DNA of 64,000 nt from the IMG/VR virus record IMGVR_UViG_3300028552_000002; one strand, 5' to 3'. Each line of letters opens with the position of its first letter. The stretch's first letter is position 1. The position numbers were made by a program, and so were the translations under genes. Source of the DNA: an uncultured virus (IMG/VR IMGVR_UViG_3300028552_000002) (Duplodnaviria; Heunggongvirae; Uroviricota; Caudoviricetes). The notes below the pieces were generated by a model. It saw only the letters and a list, made by a program, of their open reading frames with translations, was not told the DNA's origin and made no database searches. Below, one piece after another: positions 19,183 through 29,673 of the stretch.

Positions 19183-21386
19183 TCATGTCCGATGACTCCA
19201 CGACAGATAAGTTTGTTTTACAATATTCTACCGATGCAGCTCAAGCGTTGAAAGATTTAGACTCTCTTACTTCTAAAATGGATAAGTTAAACGAAAAGGC
19301 AGAGAAAAGCGAATCCAAACTTAAAGTGGTTGGAAAATCAGTCGGAGAAAATCTAAGTAAAGTAACTCCTGAAATCGCTGGAATTATAGGAGTTGTTGGA
19401 GAATTATCAGGGGCCTTATCTGTCGTAACTACTGTGATAGCCGCGATAGTCATAGGATTCGTTTCTATGAATAAATTAATGAAGGAATACAATCAACAAA
19501 GAGATTTAGCTTTCAAATCAGGAATGAATGTCGGAGATATAGAGAATTTTCAGCGGCAATTAAATTCTTCTTCCGGCGGTCGTATCGGTTCTGAACAATC
19601 AAGATCTATTATTGACAGGACGCAAAGTCTTGCTTTTGGCGCTTACACAAATACTAATCCTTTGTCTAGAGAATCTCTTATGCTTAGGGAAGCGGGAACA
19701 AGTCCTTTCCAAGCGAACGGGAACATTAAAAGCACGAACCAAATTTTAGACGATATGACAAAAAAATTCAAATCGGTTTCCGACACCATGGCTCAAGCTA
19801 TTGGGCAGACTATTGGATTTACCCATGATGAAGTTGAAGCAATAAGAAATAGAAACGAAAGTATTAAAAACACCGTAAACATGACTACGGAGGAAAGAAT
19901 AAGAAGAGAAGAAGCTATTACCTCCATGGATAAACTTAAAAATGTTACTGGAGATATAGGGGAACGCTTTAGACAAATAGGTAACGATATTGGAGCAGAA
20001 TTAGTTCCAGCGTTGGCAGAATTTTTAACCTGGATAGATAAATTAATAATAAAAATTCAGGGATTGGTTAGAAGTGTATTGGATAAAATGGATTTCGCTT
20101 CTAGAGTTAGAGATCAAATAGGTTTAGATTACGCGAAAGATGGGGTCAAGCCACACGGAACACCTTCTATAGCAGACTATGCAAGGGCTGCATCCGAAGT
20201 TTCTGCATCGGATAAAAATAGAGCAGATGAATTACAACGCCAACAAAATCAAAATACGCAAGATAGCCGAGAAGCTACCGCCCTTTTTACTAGAGACATA
20301 AATTTATTTTCTAGTGCCGTATCGACTTTTGCCGGTGTTATCGATGAAAGAGCTGCTTTAGCAGCGTGGGCAGGTGGCGCAGGTCAGGCTTCAGGATTAA
20401 CAGCAATTCCAAATACGTCTACTGGAGGATCTTCGAAACCGTTGGCGGCGGATATGATGGTAGCAATTAGACAGGCTGTTAAAGGAACTAATGTTCCTCC
20501 GGAATTGCTGGCTGGCGTCGTATCGACTGAATCGGGCGGCAATGTTAATGCTGTAAGCCATGATAAATATGGGACTCCAATAGCTTACGGTGCGGCTCAG
20601 ATCAATAAATCTAACTTTGGTAAATATCATATAACAAATCCTTTTGATTTGAAGCAAAATTTAAACGCTGCCGCGCAGATTTTGAATGAAAATCTGGCGA
20701 AATCTGGCGGCGATGTTGAACAAGCCTTAAGATATTATAATGGCGGATACGATCAAAGAAACTGGGGACCGCAAAATGCCGCCTACCCTGGTAAGGTTCT
20801 GGGATATACTAATTCTATAAATCCTAATTCTCAAGGATTTCATTCTGTCGGTTATCAAGGTTCTCCCCGAAATATTGGATCTGATCAATTAGTAGGGACT
20901 GGATCTGGTGGTCGAATAAAAGGACTCGTTCCACAAGATTTAGGATTAATGAATGCACAATCGGCAATTGCTAGTAATTTAGGAATTCATATTGCTCAAA
21001 TACAGCAAGGGGGGCGCATAAGTAAGGGAGATATAGACTTCTCAAGAGAACAATTAGAATATGGAGTCATGGCGCAGATTCAGAGAGACCAATTAATGAT
21101 GAACGCTTCTGGAGCCTTACCGAAACAACGCGCTCAAGCTGCCATAGACTTAAGGACTCAGTCTTTTAATTTACAATCTTTAAAAAATTACGGTCCACAA
21201 GTAGAAGCTTCTGGGCGTATGGGCGGAAGAGAAATTACGGTAAACGAGAAAGGCGTCTGGATACAAGTAGATGGTGCGAGAGACCCTTTAATAACAGGAA
21301 ACGCTGTTAAAAACGCATTAACCGGAGCCTTAAGCCCTGACATAGATCAGATGACCAATAGTGTTGTTAGTGGTATTAAATATTAA
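19179..21386 (+). CDS. tape measure protein with lytic transglycosylase (SLT) domain
   Basis: Helical N-terminus with hydrophobic segment; SLT motifs STESGG, AYGAAQI, NPFDLKQN and ALRYYNGG. Confidence 0.85.
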   Translation: MIMSDDSTTDKFVLQYSTDAAQALKDLDSLTSKMDKLNEKAEKSESKLKVVGKSVGENLSKVTPEIAGIIGVVGELSGALSVVTTVIAAIVIGFVSMNKLMKEYNQQRDLAFKSGMNVGDIENFQRQLNSSSGGRIGSEQSRSIIDRTQSLAFGAYTNTNPLSRESLMLREAGTSPFQANGNIKSTNQILDDMTKKFKSVSDTMAQAIGQTIGFTHDEVEAIRNRNESIKNTVNMTTEERIRREEAITSMDKLKNVTGDIGERFRQIGNDIGAELVPALAEFLTWIDKLIIKIQGLVRSVLDKMDFASRVRDQIGLDYAKDGVKPHGTPSIADYARAASEVSASDKNRADELQRQQNQNTQDSREATALFTRDINLFSSAVSTFAGVIDERAALAAWAGGAGQASGLTAIPNTSTGGSSKPLAADMMVAIRQAVKGTNVPPELLAGVVSTESGGNVNAVSHDKYGTPIAYGAAQINKSNFGKYHITNPFDLKQNLNAAAQILNENLAKSGGDVEQALRYYNGGYDQRNWGPQNAAYPGKVLGYTNSINPNSQGFHSVGYQGSPRNIGSDQLVGTGSGGRIKGLVPQDLGLMNAQSAIASNLGIHIAQIQQGGRISKGDIDFSREQLEYGVMAQIQRDQLMMNASGALPKQRAQAAIDLRTQSFNLQSLKNYGPQVEASGRMGGREITVNEKGVWIQVDGARDPLITGNAVKNALTGALSPDIDQMTNSVVSGIKY

Positions 21387-21400
21387 TTAGGACTTTATAT

Positions 21401-22273
21401 ATGGTCATGAAAACTAGATTGTTAAGAGTGACATTAAATATAAACGGGGAAGACGTTGTCTTAGATGAAAATTTAATGCTGCAAGTAAGAATAAAAAAAG
21501 CAGCTTTATCTTTAAGGAATAAAGCTACAATAAATGTAGGCGGTCTAACTCAACAAAGAAGAGAACAACTTTTAACAAATTTTACTGCCTATAATCAAAG
21601 GCTGAGAAGTCAGGGATTGTTAAATGATAATTATATTCCTGTAACTATACAAGCTGGATATTCAGTCGGCGGAGTAGTCACTCTTACTCAGATTTATAAA
21701 GGGCAAGTCGTTTCTTGTGATTTAGCATCGCCGCCGCCAAACGTTGTCGTACAAATAACTTGTTATACTCAACAACAAGATACTTTAAGTTTTATTACGA
21801 CTCCAGCTCCGACCGCCATAACTTACGGAGCCTATGCGGAGTGGGTAGCTAAACAGATGGGGCTTAGTTTATATCTTGACACGGATTATGCAAACACGAT
21901 AGTGTATAATCCAGGGAGAACATGCTCTCACGTAGCCGCACTATTATTTGATCTTCAGCGGTATGATAGAAATAACATATCTGCTTATATAGACGATGAT
22001 CAATTGATAGTAAAAGATAAGAATAAAATAGTAAATACTTCAAATATTTCTACGATTACAGATTTTTTAGAAATGCCAATATGGAATGAATGGGGAGTTG
22101 GATTTTTAATTTTATTTAATAATTCGATTAAATTAGCTGGAGGATTATTTTTGACGTCTATTCTTAACCCTTCTATAAATAATACTCCATTCGTAATCGT
22201 ACAGCTTGAATATAATTTAGAAAGTAGGGGAAAGCAATTTTCCATTAATGTAGGCGTATGTCCATCGGCGTAA
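21401..22273 (+). CDS. baseplate hub protein
   Basis: VTIQAGY...IYKGQV motif; follows the tape measure gene. Confidence 0.7.
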   Translation: MVMKTRLLRVTLNINGEDVVLDENLMLQVRIKKAALSLRNKATINVGGLTQQRREQLLTNFTAYNQRLRSQGLLNDNYIPVTIQAGYSVGGVVTLTQIYKGQVVSCDLASPPPNVVVQITCYTQQQDTLSFITTPAPTAITYGAYAEWVAKQMGLSLYLDTDYANTIVYNPGRTCSHVAALLFDLQRYDRNNISAYIDDDQLIVKDKNKIVNTSNISTITDFLEMPIWNEWGVGFLILFNNSIKLAGGLFLTSILNPSINNTPFVIVQLEYNLESRGKQFSINVGVCPSA

Positions 22274-22779
22274 TGCATATGAAAAAAATTAAATATTTTG
22301 ATATTTTTGGTGTAGAATATAAAACTGTGCAATTCAGCGCGGCGGAATCCTTTCCAATGATAGAAAGAATAGCTAAACTTAATCCATTAGATATTTTACC
22401 TTATACTAGTGTGAAATGTAAAGATGAATATATTATTTTAAATAATGAAAAATCAATTAATAAATATGTAGTGGATAAAATAAATCATGTGCCGAATTTT
22501 TTGGTATTAAGAGCTTTATTGTCAATAGTTACTGATTTTAATTTTAGTTTCCTTGCAAATTTTAAACCTGTCAAAATTCCTTCTAAATTTGCAAAAGAAT
22601 CAAAATCTGTATTTTCCAAATATATTGACATCCCGTTATCTCAATTAATACAAAATCAATTCGCAAGTCTGAAAGAACTAGAAGAATATTATTCATTAGA
22701 AGATGCTTTTATCCTATTTGATGTTATGATATCTAAAGGAATAAATGAGGCGTATTCTATTGATAACGCTGGTAAATAG
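22273..22779 (+). CDS. tail assembly chaperone-like protein
   Basis: ASLKELEEYYSLEDAF motif; start uncertain (22273 or 22279). Confidence 0.55.
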   Translation: MHMKKIKYFDIFGVEYKTVQFSAAESFPMIERIAKLNPLDILPYTSVKCKDEYIILNNEKSINKYVVDKINHVPNFLVLRALLSIVTDFNFSFLANFKPVKIPSKFAKESKSVFSKYIDIPLSQLIQNQFASLKELEEYYSLEDAFILFDVMISKGINEAYSIDNAGK

Positions 22780-22787
22780 GATTCTAT

Positions 22788-23531
22788 ATGGCTATTCAAT
22801 TAACAAATGCAAACGTAACAGATAAAAATTCTTTGTTATCTGCCGTTAGTTTCATGTTTAATCAGAGCACGGTCGAAGATGATAACTTAATTCCGTGCCG
22901 CGTAATAGGAGTTAAGCGCGCGGCTGGAACTGTTGATCTTCAGCCAATGATTATGTTAGTTAAAATGGATAATTCAACTTTAAGCCGCCAATATTTAAAT
23001 GATATAAACATTTTATCATTAGGTGCCGGTGGATTTGTTGTTAATTTTCCCGTAAAAGAAGGAGATATTGGCTGGTTATTCGCTGGAGATAGAGACATTT
23101 CTTTGTTCAAACAATCATTGACTGATAGCGCTCCCAATTCAGGTAGGATGCATCAATTTGCAGATGGAATTTTTATTCCAGATGCGGTTAGAAAATTTTC
23201 TATTGCTGAAGAAGATAATGATGCGATGGTAATTCAGAATACTTCTGGAACTGTAAAATTATCTATTCAAGATGATAATATTATTATCGCCGCGCCGACT
23301 AAAGTTTTAGTCAGAACAGCTTTAGCCGAATTCTCACAAAACATATTAGTTAACGGAAATTTAACGGTGGCTGGGCTTACATCCGTTAATGGCGGATTTA
23401 CGGCTGAAGTCGGATCGGCTGATATATGTGCATTACCTGCAACGACGACAATAAATGGGATCAACGTTGCAGGTCACGGTCACGAACAAGATGGGACTTC
23501 TGGGCGAACTGCTGGTGGGATGGAGGCGTAA
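22788..23531 (+). CDS. baseplate central spike (gpV/gp138-like)
   Basis: FPVKEGDIG, DRDIS and RMHQFADGIFIP motifs; C-terminal HGH metal-binding motif. Confidence 0.85.
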   Translation: MAIQLTNANVTDKNSLLSAVSFMFNQSTVEDDNLIPCRVIGVKRAAGTVDLQPMIMLVKMDNSTLSRQYLNDINILSLGAGGFVVNFPVKEGDIGWLFAGDRDISLFKQSLTDSAPNSGRMHQFADGIFIPDAVRKFSIAEEDNDAMVIQNTSGTVKLSIQDDNIIIAAPTKVLVRTALAEFSQNILVNGNLTVAGLTSVNGGFTAEVGSADICALPATTTINGINVAGHGHEQDGTSGRTAGGMEA

Positions 23532-23533
23532 AA

Positions 23534-24799
23534 ATGTCAGCGACATATAGTTTAAATATTGATACCGGAACAGTAACCGCGAATACGGCGGATCTTTTGA
23601 CGGACGTAGAAACCGAATGGCAAGCTGTATTCGGAACTTCTTTAGATACTGACGCGAGCACTCCGCAAGGAACATTGATTCAAAACGAAACATCGGCAAG
23701 AACTAGCGTCATGAAAAATAATTCTGATATGGCGAATTTATTAAATCCCGATCAGTCTTATGCATTATTTCTTAGCTCTATTTGTTCTTTTAATGGCATA
23801 GTTCCTCCTATTGATAAACCAACAGTAGGCGTTAACGTGGACGCTGTTAATAGCGGAACAACTCCTATCGTGATACCTTCTGGAAATAGGGTGCAAACTT
23901 CAAACGGTGATTATTTTCAGATTGTTAATGATGTTTCTGTTGACGCAGGAGCTACGGGAGAAATAACTATTTCGTCTTCTGCCGAAGGGCCAATACCGTT
24001 ACCGGTAGGATCTTTGACAATTGTTGATGGCGTAATTGGCTGGGGGTCGGCGGCGGTAACTTCTTCTACTTCTATCACACTGGGAACGCTTTCTTTGTCT
24101 GATTCTCAACTGAGAACAGTAAGAAAAAGAATGCTCTTTAAGCAGGGATTAAGCTCTACCGGCGCGATACAGGCAAACGTTCAGGCTGTTGATAACGTGA
24201 CCAGCATCCAGGCTGTCGAAAATAATACCGGCGCGGCAGGGTTAGTCAATGGGATTACTTTTACATTGCCAAGCGCCATGTACGTGTGCGTCTCGGGCGC
24301 TGGTGCGATTGCAGATATAGCCTCAGCATTATATGCCGCGCACGGTGCGGGGTGTCCTTGGGATTATGGCGCGGCAGGGGAGGGTATTCCGGTCAACCCG
24401 CCGAACGGGGTTCAAGTTGTAGATCCCTATAATCAAAAACCCTATTATGTAAAATATTGCACTCCGATATTATTTGATTGTTACGTACATGTAACGGCTG
24501 ATCAGGGAAATAGTAAAGCGTCAGAAATTGCAATTCAAAATACGGTGGTTTTATGGTCGACTGGCGGCGTTTCCGGGCAGCAAGGATTAGCCGACGGTGT
24601 CGATGTATCTAGCTATTTGATTTCTGGTGCGATTGCCACTACTTTCCCTGGAATTATAATTTCTGAATGCTCCGTCTGTGTTTTAGCTGCCGGGTCTCCG
24701 CCGCCAAGTTATCCCACTGGATACGTTCCTTACTTTTCAATGCTACCTTATCAGGAGGCGAAAATAAAAGTCGGGAACGTACAGGTGGCATTGTCATGA
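23534..24799 (+). CDS. baseplate J-like wedge protein
   Basis: STPQGTLI, NPD and SDSQLR motifs; GGAGG RBS before ATG 23534. Confidence 0.8.
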   Translation: MSATYSLNIDTGTVTANTADLLTDVETEWQAVFGTSLDTDASTPQGTLIQNETSARTSVMKNNSDMANLLNPDQSYALFLSSICSFNGIVPPIDKPTVGVNVDAVNSGTTPIVIPSGNRVQTSNGDYFQIVNDVSVDAGATGEITISSSAEGPIPLPVGSLTIVDGVIGWGSAAVTSSTSITLGTLSLSDSQLRTVRKRMLFKQGLSSTGAIQANVQAVDNVTSIQAVENNTGAAGLVNGITFTLPSAMYVCVSGAGAIADIASALYAAHGAGCPWDYGAAGEGIPVNPPNGVQVVDPYNQKPYYVKYCTPILFDCYVHVTADQGNSKASEIAIQNTVVLWSTGGVSGQQGLADGVDVSSYLISGAIATTFPGIIISECSVCVLAAGSPPPSYPTGYVPYFSMLPYQEAKIKVGNVQVALS

Positions 24800-25533
24800 T
24801 AACACCATACAATACAGATCAGACTCAAGTTCTAAAATGGATGCATAACAATGCTCCAAATATTACAAAACTTATAAAATCAAAAGCAAATTGGTATGCT
24901 ATAAATCAAACTCAATTTTGGAGTGATTTTTATACTAATATTTTTAATCTAAAAACAGCAAATATTTTCGGAATATCTATATGGTGCATTATTTTAGGAG
25001 TTCCGTCAAAACTTTTCGGTTTATATCCAATAACTAACGCTTGGGCTTATGGTATTAATCGAGAAAATTTTGCTACGACTGGTATTACGGTCTTTGCATT
25101 AAACGAATGGAATGATGTTGTAAATAGTAATCCTGTGATACCTACGCCTCCCGCGTATAATATTGGCGGTAATTTTTATGGCGGCGGAAATACCACTATA
25201 ATAGATCTGAGTGAAGTTGTAAAAGTCTTGCAATTAAGATACGCAACTCTAGTTTCTAACGGAACTACGCAATACATAAATAGAATGCTAAATTATATTT
25301 TTAATAACGGCGAACCTTGGGATTATGATTCTGGAAATTATTTTTATTTAGCTGATAATACTATTGTTCCTTCTGCTACAGTAGACCCTATTACTCAAGA
25401 TTATTATATGGAATATAGGGTAGGTCCTGGACTTAAATTATCAGATCAGTTTATCACATTATTAAATTCTACCCAATATGGGATCATCCCGACTTTTGCC
25501 GGTACGCGTTATTTAGTCGTCAAGGAGTCATAA
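24796..25533 (+). CDS. baseplate wedge protein (DUF2612-type)
   Basis: IFNLKTANIFGISIWCIILG motif; ATGA overlap with the J-like gene. Confidence 0.75.
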   Translation: MITPYNTDQTQVLKWMHNNAPNITKLIKSKANWYAINQTQFWSDFYTNIFNLKTANIFGISIWCIILGVPSKLFGLYPITNAWAYGINRENFATTGITVFALNEWNDVVNSNPVIPTPPAYNIGGNFYGGGNTTIIDLSEVVKVLQLRYATLVSNGTTQYINRMLNYIFNNGEPWDYDSGNYFYLADNTIVPSATVDPITQDYYMEYRVGPGLKLSDQFITLLNSTQYGIIPTFAGTRYLVVKES

Positions 25534-25534
25534 A

Positions 25535-27133
25535 ATGCCAGATCTAATAGTAACAGCGTTTAGCGTTGATGGGGATAAAACAGTACCGCCCCAATTATCA
25601 CCTCAAAATTTTGTTAGTTTTGAACAAGGTTATACGACGGATTATGAAGAGCCTTTAAACGCCGGAAATCCAAACGCAAAGCCGGTCGAAAGACCCATTC
25701 AAAACTATCTTTTTTATGTTACAACAGATAATATTTCTTTTTTACAGCAACACGGATATTGCATCTGGTATAATACGATGCCTGGAGGTTATGGAGTAAA
25801 CGATAAGGTTGTCCGTCAAAATAATGACGGAAGTTGGCTCCCATTTCGATCTTTAGTATCCTCGAATATCACTGACCCTTTAGTAAATTCTGCTAGCTGG
25901 GAGTTTGATTATTCAGTTACCGCGATTAACGCCGCAATCCCAATGCCATCGGGCGGATCAATAGGGGCAAGCACTCCTTTAATTACGTCTTCGATAGATT
26001 TAAATTTCGTTTCTATTGGTACGTTTGAAATTGTAACTGATGCTGTTGCGCAATCTTGTTCTAACATACCCGCGCAAATAGGGTCTACCGCTCAGGCAGG
26101 ATTGCTGGAAACGATCACATGGACTTTTAATTCAGTAAATTATTCTGTTCAACGATATACGACAAGAACAGGAACAACTGCAAGTCGCGGCAGTATCAAC
26201 GGAACATGGTCTCCGTGGGTGCTATCAGCTTCATCTTATGGCCGATGCGACGGAGTCCTAAATTACAATGCAACCGCAACATTAACAGCAAGCGCAGGCG
26301 GAAACGTTGTGATCTGGAGTGGGGCCGCAAGTGGCTCTTTAACAATGCCCATAAAAAGTTCTCTGATTACTAATCAATTCATATGGTTTTATAACAAAGG
26401 GGCGACTTCAATAACAATCAGCACTCAAGGGTCAGACATTTTGAATGCCGAGGGAGTGAATTTAACGTCTTTAATTTTACAACCTGGAGATTCAATGCAG
26501 GTAGTTTCTCCTTCTGTCGCCAATACATATTATATTATTGGTGGGACTATTTTATTGTCCTACTCGACGACAAGAGGCACTCTTGCACCTTTAGGAGATA
26601 ATTCCCTTCGACTTGCGACAACTTCTTTTGTCCAAAGAGATAGTGTAAATACGGTTTATCCAGTGGGAATAGCCATATTTTTCGCTCAGAATAAAAATCC
26701 TAACTCTTTATTTCCAGGGACTTCATGGGTATATACTGGAGAAAATAAAACGATAAGAACTGGATTGCAAAACGGTAGCGACGTTAATACGTCAGGAGGA
26801 TCAGATACTCAATCTCTTAATAGCTCGAATCTTCCTCCACATAATCATACTGGCAGCGGAACAACTTCTGGGGAAAACGTGGCCCACGTTCATGGAGTGA
26901 GCGCCCATATAGGGATAGTAGGGACTTTGACCGACCTAGGTAATGTAGGTGCTGATAATACTAATTCTTACCCAACAGCCGTCATTGATCAAACGATTAA
27001 TGTCAGCACAGGCAGTGAATCGACTGGGCATGAACATACCTATTCTTTTACCACATCTTCAACCGGTAGTAGTTCGCCCTTCAGCGTGGTAAACTCATAT
27101 ATTAAACTTATGTGTTGGTATCGTTCTGCTTAA
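25535..27133 (+). CDS. main tail fibre protein
   Basis: Follows the wedge genes; LATTSFV and YPVGIAIF...NPNSLFPGTSW motifs; HNH/HVH/HEH metal-binding tip. Confidence 0.85.
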   Translation: MPDLIVTAFSVDGDKTVPPQLSPQNFVSFEQGYTTDYEEPLNAGNPNAKPVERPIQNYLFYVTTDNISFLQQHGYCIWYNTMPGGYGVNDKVVRQNNDGSWLPFRSLVSSNITDPLVNSASWEFDYSVTAINAAIPMPSGGSIGASTPLITSSIDLNFVSIGTFEIVTDAVAQSCSNIPAQIGSTAQAGLLETITWTFNSVNYSVQRYTTRTGTTASRGSINGTWSPWVLSASSYGRCDGVLNYNATATLTASAGGNVVIWSGAASGSLTMPIKSSLITNQFIWFYNKGATSITISTQGSDILNAEGVNLTSLILQPGDSMQVVSPSVANTYYIIGGTILLSYSTTRGTLAPLGDNSLRLATTSFVQRDSVNTVYPVGIAIFFAQNKNPNSLFPGTSWVYTGENKTIRTGLQNGSDVNTSGGSDTQSLNSSNLPPHNHTGSGTTSGENVAHVHGVSAHIGIVGTLTDLGNVGADNTNSYPTAVIDQTINVSTGSESTGHEHTYSFTTSSTGSSSPFSVVNSYIKLMCWYRSA

Positions 27134-27146
27134 TTAAGAGGCTAAT

Positions 27147-27797
27147 ATGATTATTTCTAAAGAAGTATTGATGAACGGCACCGGATGTGCTTCCGGGGTA
27201 GCCGATGTATGGCTACCCTTCATACAAGAGGCATGTGATAAATTCAATATCAACACAGCAAATCGCATTGCTGCTTTTTTAGCAAACGTAGGCGTTGAAT
27301 CTCAGCAATTGACGGTATTCTCCGAAAACCTTCATTACAGCGCAGTAGGTTTGGCTAAAACGTGGCCGTCTCGATATGCAGTAAAGAGCGCCGCAGAATT
27401 GAAAACGCCTAACGAGTTGGCCCTATCCCTTGTCGGGGACCCTGAAAAAATAGCGAATAACGTTTATGCTGATCGGTTGGGAAATGGAGACGAACAAAGC
27501 GGAGACGGCTGGACATATCGCGGTCAAGGTCCGATTCAAATAACGGGTAAAGCGAATATAACGCGCTGTCTCGCGGCTATAGGAAAAACGGGGAATCCTC
27601 CTACAGTCTTACAGGACCCTGAAGCTGGTTCTTTATCGGCTGCGTGGTTCTTTTCGTCTACGGGGTGTAACGCTCTAGCAGATGAAGCAAAAATTTCAGA
27701 AATCGTGAAGGTAATAAACGGACAGATCCCGTGCGTAGCAAATCAAGGAACGCTACGAATTAATAGATTTAGATCTGCCGCAGCCATGATGGAATAA
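27147..27797 (+). CDS. endolysin, glycoside hydrolase family 19
   Basis: IAAFLANVGVES, ENLHYS, ANNVYADRLGNG, YRGQGPIQITGK and SAAWFF motifs. Confidence 0.9.
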   Translation: MIISKEVLMNGTGCASGVADVWLPFIQEACDKFNINTANRIAAFLANVGVESQQLTVFSENLHYSAVGLAKTWPSRYAVKSAAELKTPNELALSLVGDPEKIANNVYADRLGNGDEQSGDGWTYRGQGPIQITGKANITRCLAAIGKTGNPPTVLQDPEAGSLSAAWFFSSTGCNALADEAKISEIVKVINGQIPCVANQGTLRINRFRSAAAMME

Positions 27798-27830
27798 AAG
27801 AAAGGCCGCAACTCGCGGCCTATTTTGTTT
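27796..27830. terminator. bidirectional intrinsic terminator
   Basis: AGGCCGC-aactc-GCGGCCT flanked by A and T tracts between convergent genes. Confidence 0.75.
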
Positions 27831-28053
27831 GTGAGAAATAAGTCACTACATCATGAAAAGATAAATTATTAATATTTCCTGTCATGAAAAAGTTTCCAAG
27901 CGCACTTAAGATCCCGATCACTATTGCTCTTAATAGTCTATCCTTTATTGAATTACCAACGAAGCTAAGAATAAAAGAAAACGACGCATCTAATATATCA
28001 GGCAAGAATAAATCAACAAATTTTTTCGAGACCTTTTTAAGTTTTTCATTCAC
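27820..28053 (-). CDS. small membrane protein, holin candidate
   Basis: One or two hydrophobic segments, basic N-terminus, RBS AGGGGG, adjacent to the endolysin. Confidence 0.45.
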   Translation of the reverse strand: MNEKLKKVSKKFVDLFLPDILDASFSFILSFVGNSIKDRLLRAIVIGILSALGNFFMTGNINNLSFHDVVTYFSQTK

Positions 28054-28074
28054 AACGCCCCCTAAACATACTTA

Positions 28075-28707
28075 TTACTTCCCGAAATTATAGAGATCTT
28101 TTGTAGGGTGACCGTTATCATCCCACATGGGGTTTAGAATTGAGAACGTCATAATTTTATTTGAAGTTTCATTATAGTAGATATCTAATCTTCTGGATGT
28201 AGGAACATAATAAATAAAATCCTCGACGTGTTGAGGTAATATAAGTTCTACTAAATTATCATGCCCATAATCCATGACTTTTTGTATTACATAAGTTCTT
28301 GTAACTACAGTACCATCTACTATTTTATATTTTATCTGTATATAACTGTAAGAATTGTTTGGCTCAAAATAAACATCCGTTGGGAGATACAAATAAACTC
28401 CCTCTGTTGCTCCCGTAGGATCTTTTATTTCGTTTTGACAAAAATAAGGCTTTCCATATTTCGGATAGTCCATTGTGCTTTGCAAGCATTCGTCTGTATT
28501 TATCGTATTACCGATCATTTTTTTATGCGAAGTAAGCCATTTCCCATGTAAATCTTTCATCTTGAAATCAACATTATCATTCCCATTACTTGTATCTATG
28601 GTGCCGGATAAAGCGCTCGGAAGTGTATCACCAAACGAATGCAAAGACGTCATAAAAACAATTGCTGCCAGGATCAAAGATTTAACATTGAAAGTGATAG
28701 CTGACAT
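28075..28707 (-). CDS. exported protein with signal peptide (moron)
   Basis: KSLILAAIVFMTSLHSFG-D signal-like N-terminus; GGAG RBS before the TTG/ATG-equivalent start region; start uncertain. Confidence 0.6.
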   Translation of the reverse strand: MSAITFNVKSLILAAIVFMTSLHSFGDTLPSALSGTIDTSNGNDNVDFKMKDLHGKWLTSHKKMIGNTINTDECLQSTMDYPKYGKPYFCQNEIKDPTGATEGVYLYLPTDVYFEPNNSYSYIQIKYKIVDGTVVTRTYVIQKVMDYGHDNLVELILPQHVEDFIYYVPTSRRLDIYYNETSNKIMTFSILNPMWDDNGHPTKDLYNFGK

Positions 28708-28833
28708 TTCGTAACTCCGATGATTATATAGGATTATGCCTATATAATCAATTGTCAAGATATTGTAAGTTTTGCTATAGTTATGTATTCTAATTATAGC
28801 AGTCTATTGTTTATTGGATTTTGAATTCTGTCC

Positions 28834-28877
28834 AGGCGCGGCCATCATCATACGCTAGATTTTATCTGGCCGCGCCT
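28834..28877. repeat. 11-bp perfect inverted repeat built on GCGCGGC
   Basis: AGGCGCGGCCA (28834-28844) and TGGCCGCGCCT (28867-28877). Confidence 0.85.
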
Positions 28878-28892
28878 AAAATCGGTTAAAAA

Positions 28893-29095
28893 TTAATCAA
28901 CAATTTCAAAAACGCCATGACCGGAATTCGAAAGATAGATAAAAATAAGATCATCTACATCGTCTCGAATAGCAACGTAATTATCGTTTACGCCGTCTGC
29001 TTCTGGGTCTTTATTGCCATCGATGCATTGATAAACTTTACCTACTGTCAAATAAGGTTCTTTGTCTCTTCCATTGCTAAACATTTAATTTTCAT
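28893..29095 (-). pseudogene. small SH3-like protein, apparently frameshifted near 5' end
   Basis: RBS-supported ATG at 29095 gives MKIKCL and then stops. YLTVGKVY...IRDD continues in the -1 frame. Similar to 51990-52208. Confidence 0.5.
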
Positions 29096-29097
29096 TT

Positions 29098-29415
29098 TCA
29101 AATCCTCTCTACAAAGGCCCATGCTGCATGATAAACGGTTGCTCCGGGCGTATGATTCATACAAATGGTATCGACTGGAGCAACTACGCGATAAAGAACC
29201 GGTTCGCCGCCTATAGATCTAGCAGCTCGACCGGCATAGATTTTTGCTAATCCAAGATCTTCAGTAAAGAAGACTCGTTCTAAATTTTTCTTACGTCCTT
29301 TTTCACTAATCGTTCCAGTATTGGATGGAGGGAGAAGCAAACTATCAATTCCGGCAATGGTACAAGAACCATGATAAAAAATTTTTCTTTCGTCGCGGCA
29401 ATTGATAGTTTGCAT
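29098..29415 (-). CDS. ADP-ribosyltransferase-fold protein (Arr-like)
   Basis: FYHGS...LLPP...VFFTEDLGLAKIYA...GGEPVLYRV pattern; RBS AGGAG. Confidence 0.55.
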   Translation of the reverse strand: MQTINCRDERKIFYHGSCTIAGIDSLLLPPSNTGTISEKGRKKNLERVFFTEDLGLAKIYAGRAARSIGGEPVLYRVVAPVDTICMNHTPGATVYHAAWAFVERI

Positions 29416-29450
29416 CTTATCTCCTAGGCCCGGAGGACCGGGCGACCAAG

Positions 29451-29600
29451 CTAAAGAACGAACACACCGCTAAAGGTGGCCAGCATGTCATCTTCATCAA
29501 CGCCATTGGTCATGCCGAGAAAGATGACTTCTTTTTCTTCTTCCGGTTGTGCCATATAGGCTTGAAATTCCTCTAGCGTCATTTCCTGCGCGTTTTTCAT
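29451..29600 (-). CDS. 49-aa acidic protein (not in ORF track)
   Basis: MKNAQEMTLEEFQAYMAQPEEEKEVIFLGMTNGVDEDDMLATFSGVFVL; RBS GAGG; own promoter upstream. Confidence 0.7.
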   Translation of the reverse strand: MKNAQEMTLEEFQAYMAQPEEEKEVIFLGMTNGVDEDDMLATFSGVFVL

Positions 29601-29631
29601 TTTAATTCCTCTATCTCATTTCGATGTAGAT

Positions 29632-29673
29632 ATAATAAAGCCAATGAACACCGCTGTAAAGTGTTCATTGGCT
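29632..29673 (-). promoter_or_regulatory. sigma70 promoter overlapped by 13-bp inverted operator-like repeat
   Basis: TTTACA-17-TATTAT. AGCCAATGAACAC (29639-29651) and GTGTTCATTGGCT (29661-29673) flank the -35. Confidence 0.75.

Noticed and set aside
18757..19185. Programmed frameshift in the tail assembly chaperone
   Set aside because: The chaperone abuts the tape measure start, leaving no downstream frame to extend into; no clear slippery site seen.
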